DNA of 64,000 bases, taken from the NCBI RefSeq assembly GCF_036321535.1, contig NC_087436.1, positions 88,724,001 through 88,788,000 on the forward strand, written 5' to 3'. Both the position numbers and the translations under genes were made by a program. Source of the DNA: Camelus dromedarius. Lineage: Eukaryota. A model generated the notes under the pieces. That model was not told where the DNA came from. It ran no database searches and saw only the letters and a program-made list of their open reading frames with translations. This document shows positions 38,866 through 52,290 of this stretch, in pieces. Positions within the stretch are counted from its first letter, which is position 1. Each line of letters opens with the position of its first letter.

Positions 38866-41800
38866 TCCTGGGTCTTGCTGTGACAGGACGAAGTTCAGTC
38901 TCTTCTGCCCTTGAACTAAGCACAGTGCCAGGCAGTGCCATGAGCTGACTGTCATTGGCCAGTCAGGGCCCACGCCTGGAGCTGGGGGTAGGGAAAGTCC
39001 TCCCAAACTTCACGTCTGCCATTCAGTTAGGGATGAGGGAGTTGATGCTGAGGGTACAACCAACAAGAACCATTCTACTCCTCCCTTCCTTTTTTTGTTG
39101 AGTGGAAGCTCATGTTTCACTCTTCCTTTCTAATACTACATTGCCTTGTAGTAAAATGTCTATTTAGTGAAAAGAAAGAAATAGTATGTCATATGCATTC
39201 CAAAAAATAATACTAGACATTTATTTTAAATATTTCCTTTTGAGCATGTAGAACGTGCCCTCCCTTACAATCTCATTCCCTGTAAAAATCTTCCTTTGTA
39301 AATTCAGAGAATAAAAAGGTAAATACCAGCTCAGCTTGAGACTGGTTTGTTACCATTTCTGAATTTAGAGAATGCTGGGTTAAAAAGGGTTATCTGAGTG
39401 AGCATTTTATGACTCTATTAAGAACCACAACGCCCAGCTGGTATAATCTGGACCCTAGTATGCACGTCTGCTCTGTCATTTATTCTTTTGTTACTTAAGT
39501 TTTCACTGTTACTAAACCTAAAATGGGACTCCCAGTAAAACTACACAAGGCTGGGGAATCCATTGAAATCTCATTGCCTTTGTGAATAGTGAAGTTTACA
39601 GCTAACTGCAAGCAAAGTAATGATTTTACAATAAACCCTGCTCAATAAACTCTGTGCTAGTAAGTAATTTCTTATATTCTCATCATTGTAGAATTTATTT
39701 GTACCATCCTGGGCATAAAAAAAAATTTTTCATATGTATTAATGTACAGTTTGGCTAAGTAAATAAAATGTAGTCTAATTTCAAATTCTTATTTTTTAAT
39801 TTCATATATCCCAGTCCAGTGCCTTTATAGAGACTTAATAAATATTTTCGCAATGAATAACTAATGTTTTTAAGCGAGTGTTTTTTAAAAAATGTAACAC
39901 CTGGCATTGTTTTGCAAGTAAGCAAAGCCAATTAATGAAACTTTGAATTTTGATCCTCCCTGTGTTAGTGGATAATTGTTCCCTCTACAAATGGATTCAT
40001 CATGGAATTTAGAGGAAAGGGAAGAAAGCTTAATGTTTCTGTCTCAGTTTTCCTACTTACATAGCATGGATACAATTATCTCTCCAATTTAATTCACAGA
40101 GTATCTTGAGTCACAAATGAGATAATAATAATAGCAAACACTTTTATTGTTTGTCATATGTGCTAATGATAGGTATTGTGTAAATGTCATTTAATCCTTA
40201 GAGTAACCCCGTAACACAGATAGTATTATCCCCATTTTACAGATAAGGAAACTGATAAACCGAGAAGTTCAGTAACTAATCAAAGGCCACATAAATATAG
40301 GCTAATAAGGAGGATTTGAATCAGAATGTGGAACCACCATCCTGTGTATGGGAAAGGTGTTTTGCAAACTTGAAAGTACCATATAAATTTGAATTATTGT
40401 TATTATTCAATTGTTCATAATTCTAAAAAAGATAATCATATGGGGACAAGATGCAGGTCTTTTAAAATTAATGAAAAATGACTGACAGATGGAGATGTGA
40501 CAGCTGAAATGTTACATTTTACTTAGTTTTCTGGAATGTGAGCAATTAATATACAATCAATTATCAGCCCCTCACTGTACTAGAGCATTGAAGTTGTTGA
40601 ATGAATGAGTTCCATCAAGTTATGAGCCTTCTGCTACCATTTACACACCTTAGAATCAGGTAGTGTGGATATGTGTGTGTGAATGATAGGAGAGAATGTC
40701 CTAGCTTTTTTTATATATATATGGAGGATGTGAAACCTTAAAGATTGGGCAAAAGCCTTCATCAAGAGGCTTGAGATTGCATTAAAAATGTTAAGTCTGT
40801 AATACATGTAATTTTATTATAGAGAATGTTAAACCCTAAGCCTCATGCTTCTGGCAAGAGGAGCTAGCTCTTATTAACTCTGATCATTTACACTGCATCA
40901 TCCTGGGTACTCATTTTTTTTTGCATGAATTAGCAAGACATTGGCTTACCTATGCCTTCACTAGGTCTATAACGACTTTTTTTTTTTTTTTTTACAAATG
41001 TCACAATGGATTCATGAAGAAAATGTATCTTACTTGTGTCTCTTTGATTTTCTTTTATGAGAAGAAAATTAGTTAATACGTTTGGATTCACAGATGTTTA
41101 GAGTTAGTTAAGAAGCCAGTATCTTCACAGAGAGGCCCTGTCTTTAACTCTCTGTTCCTTCTTATCCTATTCTAATCCCCTTACAGATCCTCCAAGGTAC
41201 ACAGTGTCCTTTCAAATTGGTTTGTCCCAGAAATTATTCGGGCAAAATGTTACTTCTCATGTTGAGTTATCTAGAATAGAGATTGACCTTCATGCTTCCG
41301 TTCTGCTGATGTAGTCCTGGCCTTGGCTGACCTTGTGGTACAGCCAGGAGCAGACACTAAGCACTCCCAACCCAATTCAACTTGGTGAGAGCATGGATAA
41401 CCTGGTTTTTAACAGCAGATTCCTTGTTTTCTTTGGGAAGGTTTAGTTGTTACTAATCTTGGAGAAGCAACTCTAGTGCTAGAATCCAAGGAGATTCATC
41501 GAAATATTTGACAGTGAATGAAGTAAATTTACAATGTTTAAAATAGAATAGTATCCTTGAAAGAATGATGCAGTGGACAAGAATTGGCTCCGGGGTCAGA
41601 AGGACTTGGTTTTAATTTCAACTCTACAACTTAGCATTTGTGTAACCTTCAGTACTTCCTGACCCTCATTCAGTCTGTGTCAACATCTGTACAATAGGAA
41701 TAAAAATAGCTTTTTCATAGGATTGTAGGAGGGTTAAATAAAGTTCTGTATATAAAAGAGTTAGCAACATTCAGCCTAGAAAATACTGAAGGATCTTTTA

Positions 41801-42047
41801 TGTATTTCCTTATCTTTAAATTATTTTATTTTACCATAAAACAATAAGTGGAAATGAAATTTGAAATATATTTTTCATTATGAGGTAACTTGAATACATT
41901 CTAATAGTTTATCTAGGCTTTTACCTCAAAGTAAACTTGTCTCCATCCTATCCTCTCTCTGAATGTGTGTTTTTTCTTGCCGAAGGCACCAATGATGTAG
42001 AAACATCAGTTGAACATTAGCAGTATGAAGGCTTTGTCTTAAGCTCT

Positions 42048-42383
42048 ATTTTTACATTATTTATTTTTTACTATAGTATAGTCAATTACAGTGTGCCAAT
42101 TTCTGGTGTACAGCACGATGTCCCAGTCATACATATACATACATATATTTGTTTTCATATTTTTCTCATTAAAGGTTATTACAAGGTATTGAACATAGTT
42201 CCCTGTGCTTTACAGAAGAAACTTTTTGAAAAATCTACTTTTACATATAGTGGCTAACATTTGTATATCTCACACTCCCGAATTTATCTCTTCCCACAAC
42301 TTTCCCAGGTAACCATAAGATTGTTACTATGTCTGCGAGTCTGTTTCTTTTTTATAGATGAGTTCATAGTGTCTTTTTTTTTT
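42048..42383 (-). mobile_element. Short L1 3' UTR insertion, same family as 16890-18622
   Basis: Reverse complement of about 18265-18600; TSD ttaagctct (42039-42047 and 42384-42392). Confidence 0.88.
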
Positions 42384-45300
42384 TTAAGCTCTTTATCTCT
42401 GTTGGCAAATTTGATCCTTACAACCCCATGATTAACATTATTATTTCTACTTTACAGATTAGGAGGTTTTAAGAGGTTAAGTAATTTCACTAAGGTCACA
42501 CAGCCTTGTGGGTGGGAGGGCTGGAGTATGGACCCAGGCTCGAGGTAACTTCTGACTTCTGTTTCTCAGTCTTGGAGTAGCTAGCTTTTACTTACCTCTG
42601 ATAGTTTACAGAGATTTCTCCTAGTCTAATCAGCTACAGTTAGCATTTTCACCCCCATTGGAAGTTCCTCTGAGGTCTGTGTGGTGCTCTGGCATGCAGG
42701 TGCTCATCTATTCATCTTTCTCCAGCCTGTGCAACTTGTAAGCCCATCCTCCTCTTTCCTCTGCTATGGTGAGGTCTCAGCTGAAAAGAATTGAGCCTGC
42801 TTAAGGATAACAGGACATTTGCCTTGTACAGGAGAGGGAAGGCATTTCCTCTTCTTTTGCTTTCAACTGCCGCACTGTGGTCCAGAGGGGAGTCCAACAT
42901 AGGAATCAGTCTGGTGGAGGGAACAGGATGGGATGACTCCCTACGCTGTGGTAAGTTTTGGGAACATATTATTAAAAACAACTGTAGTAATATTAGCACT
43001 CAACATTAGTGCCCTAGAGTCTTAGATATACTGGCCTTTTCATGTCTACTTCCATCTTGTTGAATAAGAAACCATGTAATGAAGACTTTGTTCTATTTAA
43101 TTACATTCATCCAATGAATAACCATTGGGTATAATCCTATTTGGTATCCAGTGGTTTTGAATCACAAGACAAAGTCTTTAATGCGGGAGAATACTGAGAA
43201 TAAACAAACAAGATCTTATTATGTAGTCCTAAATATTATAATGAAAACAAAATAGGATGATGTTATAAAGAGAGCCAGGAGCACTTTGAATAGGATGCTT
43301 ATGGGAGCTTTTGGTGTCCCCGAGAAGGCTGGGTCTCTGAAACAGACTTTTGCTGTGGTTCCCTACCCTTGCCGGGCAACTGATCTGCTACGATTACTCT
43401 AGTGCTGAGAAAGGAGTTGCTTCCATTTTATGTTCTTATTCGATGGCTGTGAATCCTCAGTAAATATGAAATGATAACAACTTAAATATTGTAAGAGGAA
43501 CAATGAAGACAAGACACAACAAGCAAAATGCTTGAGCATGAATATGAATGATTGAAAATCAAAAGACCTGCATCTGCATTTTATAACACATATTTATGCT
43601 GCTTGAATATTTAGTTCTGGTATATTTCTTAAGGAAGATGCTCACTTTCAAAGCTAATAGTCCTTTGTCCCATCTTAAAAATTAAGAATAGATTTATTGT
43701 GATTTATTCTCTCCTTAAAGAGGCACATCTGCTTCTTCGGTTCTTGTTGAGCATGAGGACTATGACTATATGTATCAATGCAAGACACTATTTATTTGTT
43801 TGTGTTTGTTTATTTTCTGTCTCCTTCAACTAGACTATAAACTCTGCAAGGGAAGAGACTGTGTTTCACATTGTATCATTTCTCTGTACCTAGAGCAGTG
43901 TCTGACACAGAGTAGGAGCTCAATAAATATTTGTTGACTGAACAGTGAAAAAGACTCTACCTGCCTCCATGGCTCTCATGGGGTCCCACTCGGGGTGGTA
44001 TAAATCCAGGGGAGAAGATATCTTTAAATATAATATTTGGGTTGTGGGGATAGCTGTTGATGGAAAGAGACTCGGACTTGGGTAGGCTGACTTGAGTTGC
44101 ATTTCAGCTTTGGTGTTTATTAGCTGTGTGTATCTTGAGGGAAATTACATAACCTTGTTTCCCCATCTATGAAACAGAGTAACTTGCACAGAGGGCAGAG
44201 GAGCTAATGTATGTAAAAGGGTGGAGAAAATTTTCAGTAAATATTGAGGACCCAAAATATGCAGATAAACATGGTAAATGTAACCATAAAAGTTTAGGAT
44301 TTAAACTAAAGAGGCGGGAATAAAAAATGTCATCTGGGCAACAGCAACAAAATTAATGACAGACTGGATGAGAAGAATCAAAAAGGAAAACTTTGCCATG
44401 ACTTTCTTCCCAAACCACTGAAAAGGGCTGAGTACAGAGAACTCTCCTTTACAACTTCATCAAATTCTCAGGATCTGAAAGTAAGACAAATAAATGTGGA
44501 AGCATCCACGAGGGGGTCTTGCGAAGCAAATTCTTAAGTTGAATGAGTCAGTATAGGTAAGTTAGGGCAAACCAAGCATGCTCTGATAAAATATGGCCTC
44601 CTGATACTAGTAGCCCTTCAATTAAATGTGCCGCCACGCATAGGAAGTCAGAAAGGTTGCCAAGGTTTCTTGTTAGGTTATTAGACAAAAGATGGCAAAG
44701 TGCTTCATAAAGTTGATATTTCATTGTTTTCAATTTGAGAAGATTTTTCCTGTCAAATAACACTATTATGTTTAGCTACTATTTTGCTTCTATTTAAAAA
44801 TGATTTGTATTTGATTTTAAGGGATTTAAAAAAGAACCCATTGTTGAAATTAATTGTGTGTCAGAGTCATATACAGATATTTCCTAGATTGCACTGGTTG
44901 AAAATGAGATCATTTGTAATTAAGAGATGATAGAGAATATGTTGTAGAAATCATTAATGTAAAACCTTGGCTGCCCTTAGTCACTACCAAAGTGCTTTGC
45001 TAAGTAAGATTGGCTATAGGTGTCATCATTTTAAGATTAATTACTAAAGACCTTTGATGGAGTCTATATTAGTGGAAACATTAACCATTATTCTTAAGTT
45101 AATTTTGCATTAAAAGAATCATATACGATAATTGTGAATGGGTTGATTTGAGTTCCTGTTTCAGTGTCTGGCACAAAATTGATTTGCAGTAAATGTTTTC
45201 TTGGGGCTGAATCTTTCACGAGTGATTTCACATTTTTATAGAGAAAAATTTACTCTCAGCTCTTATAAGCAACCTTTTCTGCTTGAAGCACAATGCACAC

Positions 45301-46224
45301 AGCTGTGTCCTTTTGAGGGCCACTGTCTGTACTTTCTCCTGGCATATAATGCTCTCCCACATTGAAATGTATTTTAAGTTTGCTCCTCAAAGACTTGAGT
45401 GTTACATTTGTGAAACTTGCCCAGACCTTCCCGTATCAGCATTCACCTGAAGCTGAATTCATGTATGTGTGTGTCTGTCTTCTGTCTGCATATTTTAATT
45501 TGGATTTTCCTTTTTCTCTAATTCTTTCCTTCCCCATTTTGTACTTTAACTTCGATGAGTTCCCCAAAAAGTGTTGTGCCCATAAGTTTTTGGCCAGCCA
45601 TGCCAATTCTATGGCATGAAGGAGAAGGAAAAGCCCGGGAGGTGGCTCAAGAGAAGAGCCAGCTCCGAAAGGAAATGAAGTCAGAGTCTCTGAGCTGACT
45701 CTAAACTGTGGGCTCGGGCAGGACTGGAAATCCTTGAATAATCATGTATTTTTAAAAACAAGATCATGGTATAGAAATTGTTTTGTGATTTGAGGTTCTT
45801 AGTTATTATATAATAAGCATCATCCTATGTGATTAGTAGTCTTCAAAAGCATCTTTCATACAGCGGAGCATTCTCTTGTCTGTTCCATAATATTTTAAAC
45901 CAATTCCCTTTGTTGAATGTCTAGGTGATCGCTATCTTTTAAAAATTATAAACTGTGCAAAGATGAAGATCCCTGTAGATAAAGCCAAGTTCATAACAAT
46001 GATTATTTCCTTATGAGAAATTTTTAGAAATATTACAGTGTCAAAGGATATGCATATTTAAAATATTTTTTGATAGACATTGCCCTGCGCAGCTGTGATC
46101 CAGAGCAGTGACTGCCCGCTGGCTAGTGTGAGTATGAGTGTACTTTTCCACACATTTGCCCAGTACTCAGATGCTATCCTTTTGTGAATATCAGCAGCCT
46201 GATTTTGCTTTCTTATAAAAAAAT

Positions 46225-46685
46225 TATTTGCATACAATTTTTAAGGGTTACACTCTGTTTACAGTTATTACAAAATATTGGCTCTGTTCCCTGTGTTGTA
46301 CAACACATCCTTGAGTTTACCTTACATGCAATAGTTTGTACCTCTGACTCTCCCACACCTTTATTGCCCCCTTTTCCCACTGATAACCACTAGTTTGTTC
46401 TCTGTATCTGTGAGTCCGCTTCTTTTTTATATTCACTAGTTTGTTGTATTTGTTAGATTCTACATATAGTGATATCATACAGCATTTGTCTTTCTCTGTC
46501 TGACTTACTCTATTTAGCATAATGCCCTCCAGGTCCATCCATGTTGCTGCAAATGGCAAAATTTCATTCTTTTTTATTATTGACTGTTACTTCACTGCGT
46601 ATGTATACACCACATCTTCTTTATCCATTCATCTGTCAGTGACACTTAGATTGCTTCCATGTCTTGGAAGCTATAAATAATGATG
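46225..46685 (-). mobile_element. L1 3' fragment immediately upstream of exon 4
   Basis: The minus ORF MPFAATWMDLEGIML is L1 3' sequence. Confidence 0.85.
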
Positions 46686-46838
46686 ATATGTATGTGTCTT
46701 ATTGTATATCTATAATCATTCTGACTTAACAGGATATATTTTATTGCATGAAACATGTTAGTCTATCATATCAAATGAGTTTGTAAGCATGTAATTCTGA
46801 TGTGTCTTCTCCTAAACTTAATTATCTTGACTTCCCAG

Positions 46839-47046
46839 GTGCCTGCATGAACATCACCCACAGCCAGTGTCAGATGCTGCCCTACCACACCACGCTGACA
46901 CCTCTCCTCTCAATTGTCAAAAACATGGAAATGGAGAAGTTTCTCAAGTTCTTCACGTACCTCCATCGCCTCGGTTGCTATCAACATATCATGCTTTTTG
47001 GCTGCAGCCTTGCCTTTCCCAAGTGCATCGACAATGGTGATGACAG
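46839..47046 (+). CDS. CORIN: CORIN coding exon (exon 4 equivalent): N-terminal part of Frizzled-like domain 1
   Basis: Translates (S)ACMNITHSQCQMLPYHTTLTPLLSIVKNMEMEKFLKFFTYLHRLGCYQHIMLFGCSLAFPKCIDNGDD, nearly identical to human corin Fz1. Acceptor cttcccag| at 46838, donor |gtattt at 47047; 208 nt, phase 1 to 2, continuing the frame from the previous exon. Confidence 0.97.
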
Positions 47047-47299
47047 GTATTTTGGAACCAGAAACATTCAGTGATAAGGGTTAGTGGTAGCAGAAGTGTC
47101 TGAGAGGAACAGAAATCATCCCTCACTACTCTTTTGTTTTTGTTGTTGTTAAAGGAGAAAAAAAAAAATCCCACACAAATCATAGCCAGTTGTAATTCTT
47201 TTAAAGTAGACATTTTTGAAAAACGTGAAATAATTTTATTTATGGGAAGAAATTATTCAGGATGTTAGATGGAAGTCATCAGCTGGAATACTCAATAGC

Positions 47300-47700
47300 T
47301 GTTTTGTGAGGGGCTGGCTGAAGCAGCACAAAGGGCGATCGAAAAGAGTTTATTGAGGAGGTGACTTATGGAGGTGTGGGCAGGGTTAAGACAACAAGCA
47401 AGTGATTAGAGGCTCCAGGGTCTCATGATGGGGGATGCAGTTCCACCACTCCAGACTTGAAGGGGGAAAAGAGCAGGCAGACCTGGAGAGAGCTGAGGCT
47501 GTGAGCAAAGAGGTCTCCCAGCAAGCCAAGTGCTGTGACCCAAGACGAGGGCACATAGACAGCGCCAGCCCTTCAGTCCTTCAGGAAGAGAGAAGGAGTA
47601 AATGCCCTGGCCTCACTCCCCTCCCACCCTCCCATCTGCCAGGGCCTCCCACCAACTGAACTCACCCGTGACCACTGGGCAAGGGTGTGCAATTGACATG
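47300..47700 (-). mobile_element. Old MaLR/ERVL-type LTR remnant
   Basis: gagtttattgagg..ggaggtgtgggcagggttaag... resembles old MLT1 LTRs. Confidence 0.5.
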
Positions 47701-47981
47701 AGTATAATTGATAAGATGGAAAATTTCATCTCAGTATCACCAGCTCAGAAAGTCCCAAATCTCCTTATCTAAATCAGGTATGGGTGAGATGTTGGTTGGT
47801 TCTTATGGTCAACACTGGAACCCAGAGCAGGGTGAGGAGAGTGAAGAAGGGTAGATGTGGAAGGACAAACAGAAACTGTCCAGTACAATGTTGAACAGGA
47901 TAAGAAAGAATTTTCTTCTTTGAGGCGTGGGAGAATATGTGAGTGAACATGCTTGTGTATGTGTCTTGTAAGCACATATCA

Positions 47982-48265
47982 TTTTTTAATTGAGATATAA
48001 TTGACATATAACAAATTAGTTCCAGGTGTACAGCATAGTGATTCAATACATGTATATGTTGTGAGATGATCATCACAGTAAGTCTCGTTAACATCCATCA
48101 TGACACATAGTTAACAGATTTTTTTTTCTGGTGATGAGAACTTTTAAGATCTACTCTGTTAGCAACTTTCAAATATGCAGTACAGTATTAACTATAGTCA
48201 CCAGGTTGTACATTACTTATTTATTTTATAACTGGAAGTTTGTACCTTTTAACCACCTTCACCTT
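47982..48265 (-). mobile_element. L1 3' end
   Basis: ttttaattgagatataattgacatataac...gatgagaacttttaagatctactct. Confidence 0.85.
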
Positions 48266-48816
48266 ATTGAAATAATATTGAAAATCACTATTTAATATTG
48301 AAATTATAAGATTCAATTAATGAAAAGTATATTATGGGATATTTGAGTATACATTTTAAAAAATGTTCAAGGCATGTATTAAATACATCATCATATATAG
48401 CCTCAATTATTTTCTGAATCAAAATGTTGGAAAGTTTTCAGAGTAGTAATTAGAGAATGAATTGCATTTTTAAGTGCAAGTAGGTTCCATGTTATTTGTA
48501 CTAATTTAATGTATAAAATATGTTTTGACTAGATCAAAGGCATTTATTATTTTAACTAGGAAAAGCCTGCATTGCCATAAAATAAAAACTGAGTAGAAGA
48601 GAAACAGTAGATTATGAATTTCAGAAATAAGTAAATCCCTATTAACAGGCACAGCATTCAGGAAAATGTTTCCCCTGAAAGAATCATTTGTGGAGGGTCC
48701 TTTCATGGTAAAAAGAGAGAGGAACTCTGCTAGGTCTTTCTCATGAATCAAGCTATGGGATGGTAGTAGAAATGCCCTTTATGTTCCTAGAATGGCAGCA
48801 TTATAACGCGGTGGTT

Positions 48817-49260
48817 GTCTTAATTTTCAGGTCTGCTGTAACAAATTACTACAAGCTGGATAGCTGAAAGAGAAATTTATTCTCTCACAATTCTGTAAGC
48901 TGACAGTCCAAAATCTGGAATGGCAACGCTCCCTCTGGGGTTCCAGGGAGAAAGCTCATTTCCCTTCTTGGCCAGTTTCTGGTGGTTTCAGGCATTCATT
49001 AACTTGTGGCCACGTCATTCCTGTCTCTGCCTCCATCTTCACGTTGCCTTCTCCTCTGTCTGTGTCTGTCTGCTCTTGTGAGGACACTTGTTCCTGGATT
49101 TAGGGCCCATTCGGATGAACCAAGATGACCTCATCCTCTCAAGGTCCTTAACTTAATTACATCCACAAAGACTGTTTTTTCCAAATGAGTCACATTCACA
49201 GGTTCCCGAGGTTCAGGCGTGGATGTATCACTTGGGGATGACTATTCACCACACTGCCGT
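48817..49260 (-). mobile_element. MLT1 (B/C-like) solo LTR
   Basis: ctgctgtaacaaattactacaa...atttattctctcacaattctg...ccttaacttaattacatc. Confidence 0.8.
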
Positions 49261-50237
49261 AGCTGAGAAAGCAAGAGCCACGTGTCTCAGCCCTCTCCTC
49301 GGTACAATGGAGATAATAGGTGTACTTACAAAGCTCACGTGAGAACTGAATGACGGAGAGAGCTTGGAACAGTGCCTGGCTTTTATGAAGAGCTCAATAA
49401 ATGTCAGCAACAGCTATTAGTGGGTTGTGAAGGAGAGGCAGTGCTCATGACATTGAGAGCACAAAGAGTCTTCCTACCATGTGCTAGATATTGGAGGATT
49501 GTCCCCAGAATGTGGGGTGCTTTATGGATCAAAAGAAAATTAGGTCAAATACTCAAGGCTGCTGGAATTGGATTCTAATTCCACTTCTCCATGGTTTCAA
49601 ACAGTTTCACTTACATCTCTTTGCTGTAATTTCTCTGTGGACTCATGTGTGTGCATAAATAAGACAATGAAAGAGAGTGCATTCAGCCTCCAGGAGACTC
49701 TGAACTCAGTCTGATCATCCTTCTTATTATAATTCCATCTCTACTCTCAGCTCAATCAGTTGTAAAATTCTAGTTTAAGTAGCTCATAGTCTTCAGGGTA
49801 CTTTTAGGTAAAATTTGTTTTTCTCCTGACCTGGTTCATCCTGTGAAATGCTCTCATATGAGAATTTTCCATTTTCTGTTATAATGGATAATAATTTATA
49901 GTCAGTCTTCAGGTCTCCTTTGGGGAACTTATCCTACTTTTTATTCCATTTATTTTTATATTTGATTTTATAATTATACTTTCAGACCAGTGCTTCCTGC
50001 TGTCATTGAGTGTGTGCATAAAACCTGCAAGCTAAATTTAATAAGCAAAATAAGTTCTGAATGGCAAAATGTATTGTAGAAAATAACCCTAAAGTCAAAC
50101 ATATTTTTCTTATATTTCACTATTTTGGATCATCTGTTTTACTAATTTTCTCTATTAGTCAAATAATAGAGAATTGCTTATATTCCATCCTAGAGAAAAG
50201 AGGTACTTAATAACATTTAGAATTTAATTTAAAAAGA

Positions 50238-50410
50238 TCTAAAACAACAGGGTCCCACTGTATAGCACAGGGAACCATATCCAATATTTTGTAATAACCT
50301 ATAATGAAAAAGAATATGACAAAAAATATAAAATGCCTAACTGAATCACTATGCTAGACACCAGAAACTAACACAACATTGCAAATCAGCTATACTTCAA
50401 TTAAAAAATA
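50238..50410 (+). mobile_element. L1 3' UTR fragment
   Basis: ctgtatagcacagggaacc...ctgaatcactatgct..acaccagaaactaacacaacattg. Confidence 0.85.
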
Positions 50411-51106
50411 GATCTATACTCAACTATATTGTACAACAATAACCTTTAGCAGTTTAAGTAAACAGCTTCATTAATAGCATCAATTTTTAAAAAATAGATA
50501 AGTGTGTGTATCATGGACTATAACACAAGGTAATTAAAGTGAAGTATAATTTATATGGATTCAGTGACATATATCTCAAAATACAGAGATTGAGCTGAGA
50601 AACAGTTGAGGTAGCCCTAAAATATGTGGGTTAGGAAGAATAGCTTAAAAATAATGACAAGTAGGTAGAGAGAAAAGAGCATTTCCTGGGCCAGGAGAAT
50701 CACAGTGGTTTCTGGATGACTTTTTGATGTACTTAAAGTCTCTGTGTTTGGAGGAGGAAGCAGTATCACAGCTCCATGCCTTTCCTATGTCGCTATCACC
50801 CTTTCCCTCCTGGCTGCAATAATCAGCCTATAATAACCTCATGGAAGCAGAAGTGGGGTTCACTGGCCTGAAAGGTCCAGCCTTGGCTTTGCTGCTAAAA
50901 GACACCCAGGAGCTCCTGCTGATTGTCATCACCCCACTCACATCCTCTTAATACTTTGCAGAGAAATTTTGCTCATGAAGTAAGTCTTTAATATTAAAAA
51001 AAAGACATGTTTGCTACCTTTTCTTTTACTCTGGAGTGTTGATTTGCCACTAGGTCCTTAGCAGAATTCTTAATATCCGTGGAAATGAAATAAAAATTCT
51101 TATCTT

Positions 51107-51212
51107 GTGCTTGCTTTGGCACTAAAGTATACTAATTTGGAACCATACATCAAAGATTAACATGATCCCTGTGAAAAGATGACATGCATATTTGTGAAGT
51201 GTTCCATATTTT
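51107..51212 (+). pseudogene. RNU6: Full-length decayed U6 snRNA retrocopy
   Basis: gtgcttgctttggcac...tatactaatttggaacc...aagattaacatg...gatgacatgcatatttgtgaagtgttccatatttt aligns end to end with U6 (about 80% by eye). Most CpGs have decayed to TpG and the ACAGAGA box reads ACATCAA. Confidence 0.93.
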
Positions 51213-52064
51213 TTTTATTTTTTTGATTCAGGTAGCTCATATAAAACATTTAGCACAATACGTGGATCATTGTTTCCCAATCAAAGTTTAACTAATATGT
51301 CTATTTTGGGGCCAATATTTTTCATACCAGACCTAATTGAACTCATCCAAAAAATATGGGATGTGTCAGGTTCTGTTATCCACATTTTAGTCAAGAAAAT
51401 AAATAACTTATCTGAAAAAAAATCTTTAACTAGCCAAATGTTGAAGATTATTTCTCAAATTTGGGGACTACAGGACGGTTTTCTGTCAGGTATTCAATCC
51501 CTATAGGATTGTGGAAGGGCTCAGGTGAGTTTCCTCAAATAAGCATCTTCAAAAATATGCTAATTTTTCCCAAAGAAGTATGACTGCTGGAGATTAGAGA
51601 ATTTAATCTGGCAAGTACAGAGAATGCTCTTGAAAGTTTGGGGCAGATGAAACCTGATTCAAACTGCAGCTCTGCCAGTTGCCAGGTATAAGACCTCGGG
51701 CACTTCAGTTAGCCTTTCTGACTTTCAGTTTCCTCACTGTTTAATGAAAGTGATAATACTCACTTCATAGGGTTTATGTGTGTGTATTAAACAGAATGAC
51801 TTATATAAAGTGCTCCTACATGATCTACACTCTCTGGCACATAGTAACTTCTCCATAAATAGTATTATTATTAAATAATAAGGAATTTATTATTATTAAA
51901 TGTAAATAGTACCATTATTGATATGGTAGTCAAAGATGGGGTATGAGTTTCTGGGAGGGTGTAAACTTTATCACCTCTTTCAGAGATGCAGGATTTATAT
52001 ATCTTTCTCATTCTTTGCATCTGCTAATCCATTTCCACTTAGCTGCCAAAGAGATGATTTAAAA

Positions 52065-52290
52065 AGTTAGTGCTGTTGTATGCTACATATGAAAGTTGTT
52101 AAGAGAGTATATCCTAAGAGTTCTCATCACAAGGAAAAATACGTTTTTTCTTTTTCTTTAATTTTGTCTCTATCTTATATGATGAGGGATGTTGGATAAA
52201 CCTATTGTGGTAATCCTTATGCTGGACACCCTAAACTTATACAGTGTTATATGTCAATTATATTTAAATAAAACTGTAAGGGAAAAAAAT
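52065..52290 (+). mobile_element. L1 3' UTR fragment
   Basis: gaaagttgttaagagagt..atcctaagagttctcatcacaagg...tgtcaattatatttaaataaaactg. Confidence 0.8.
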
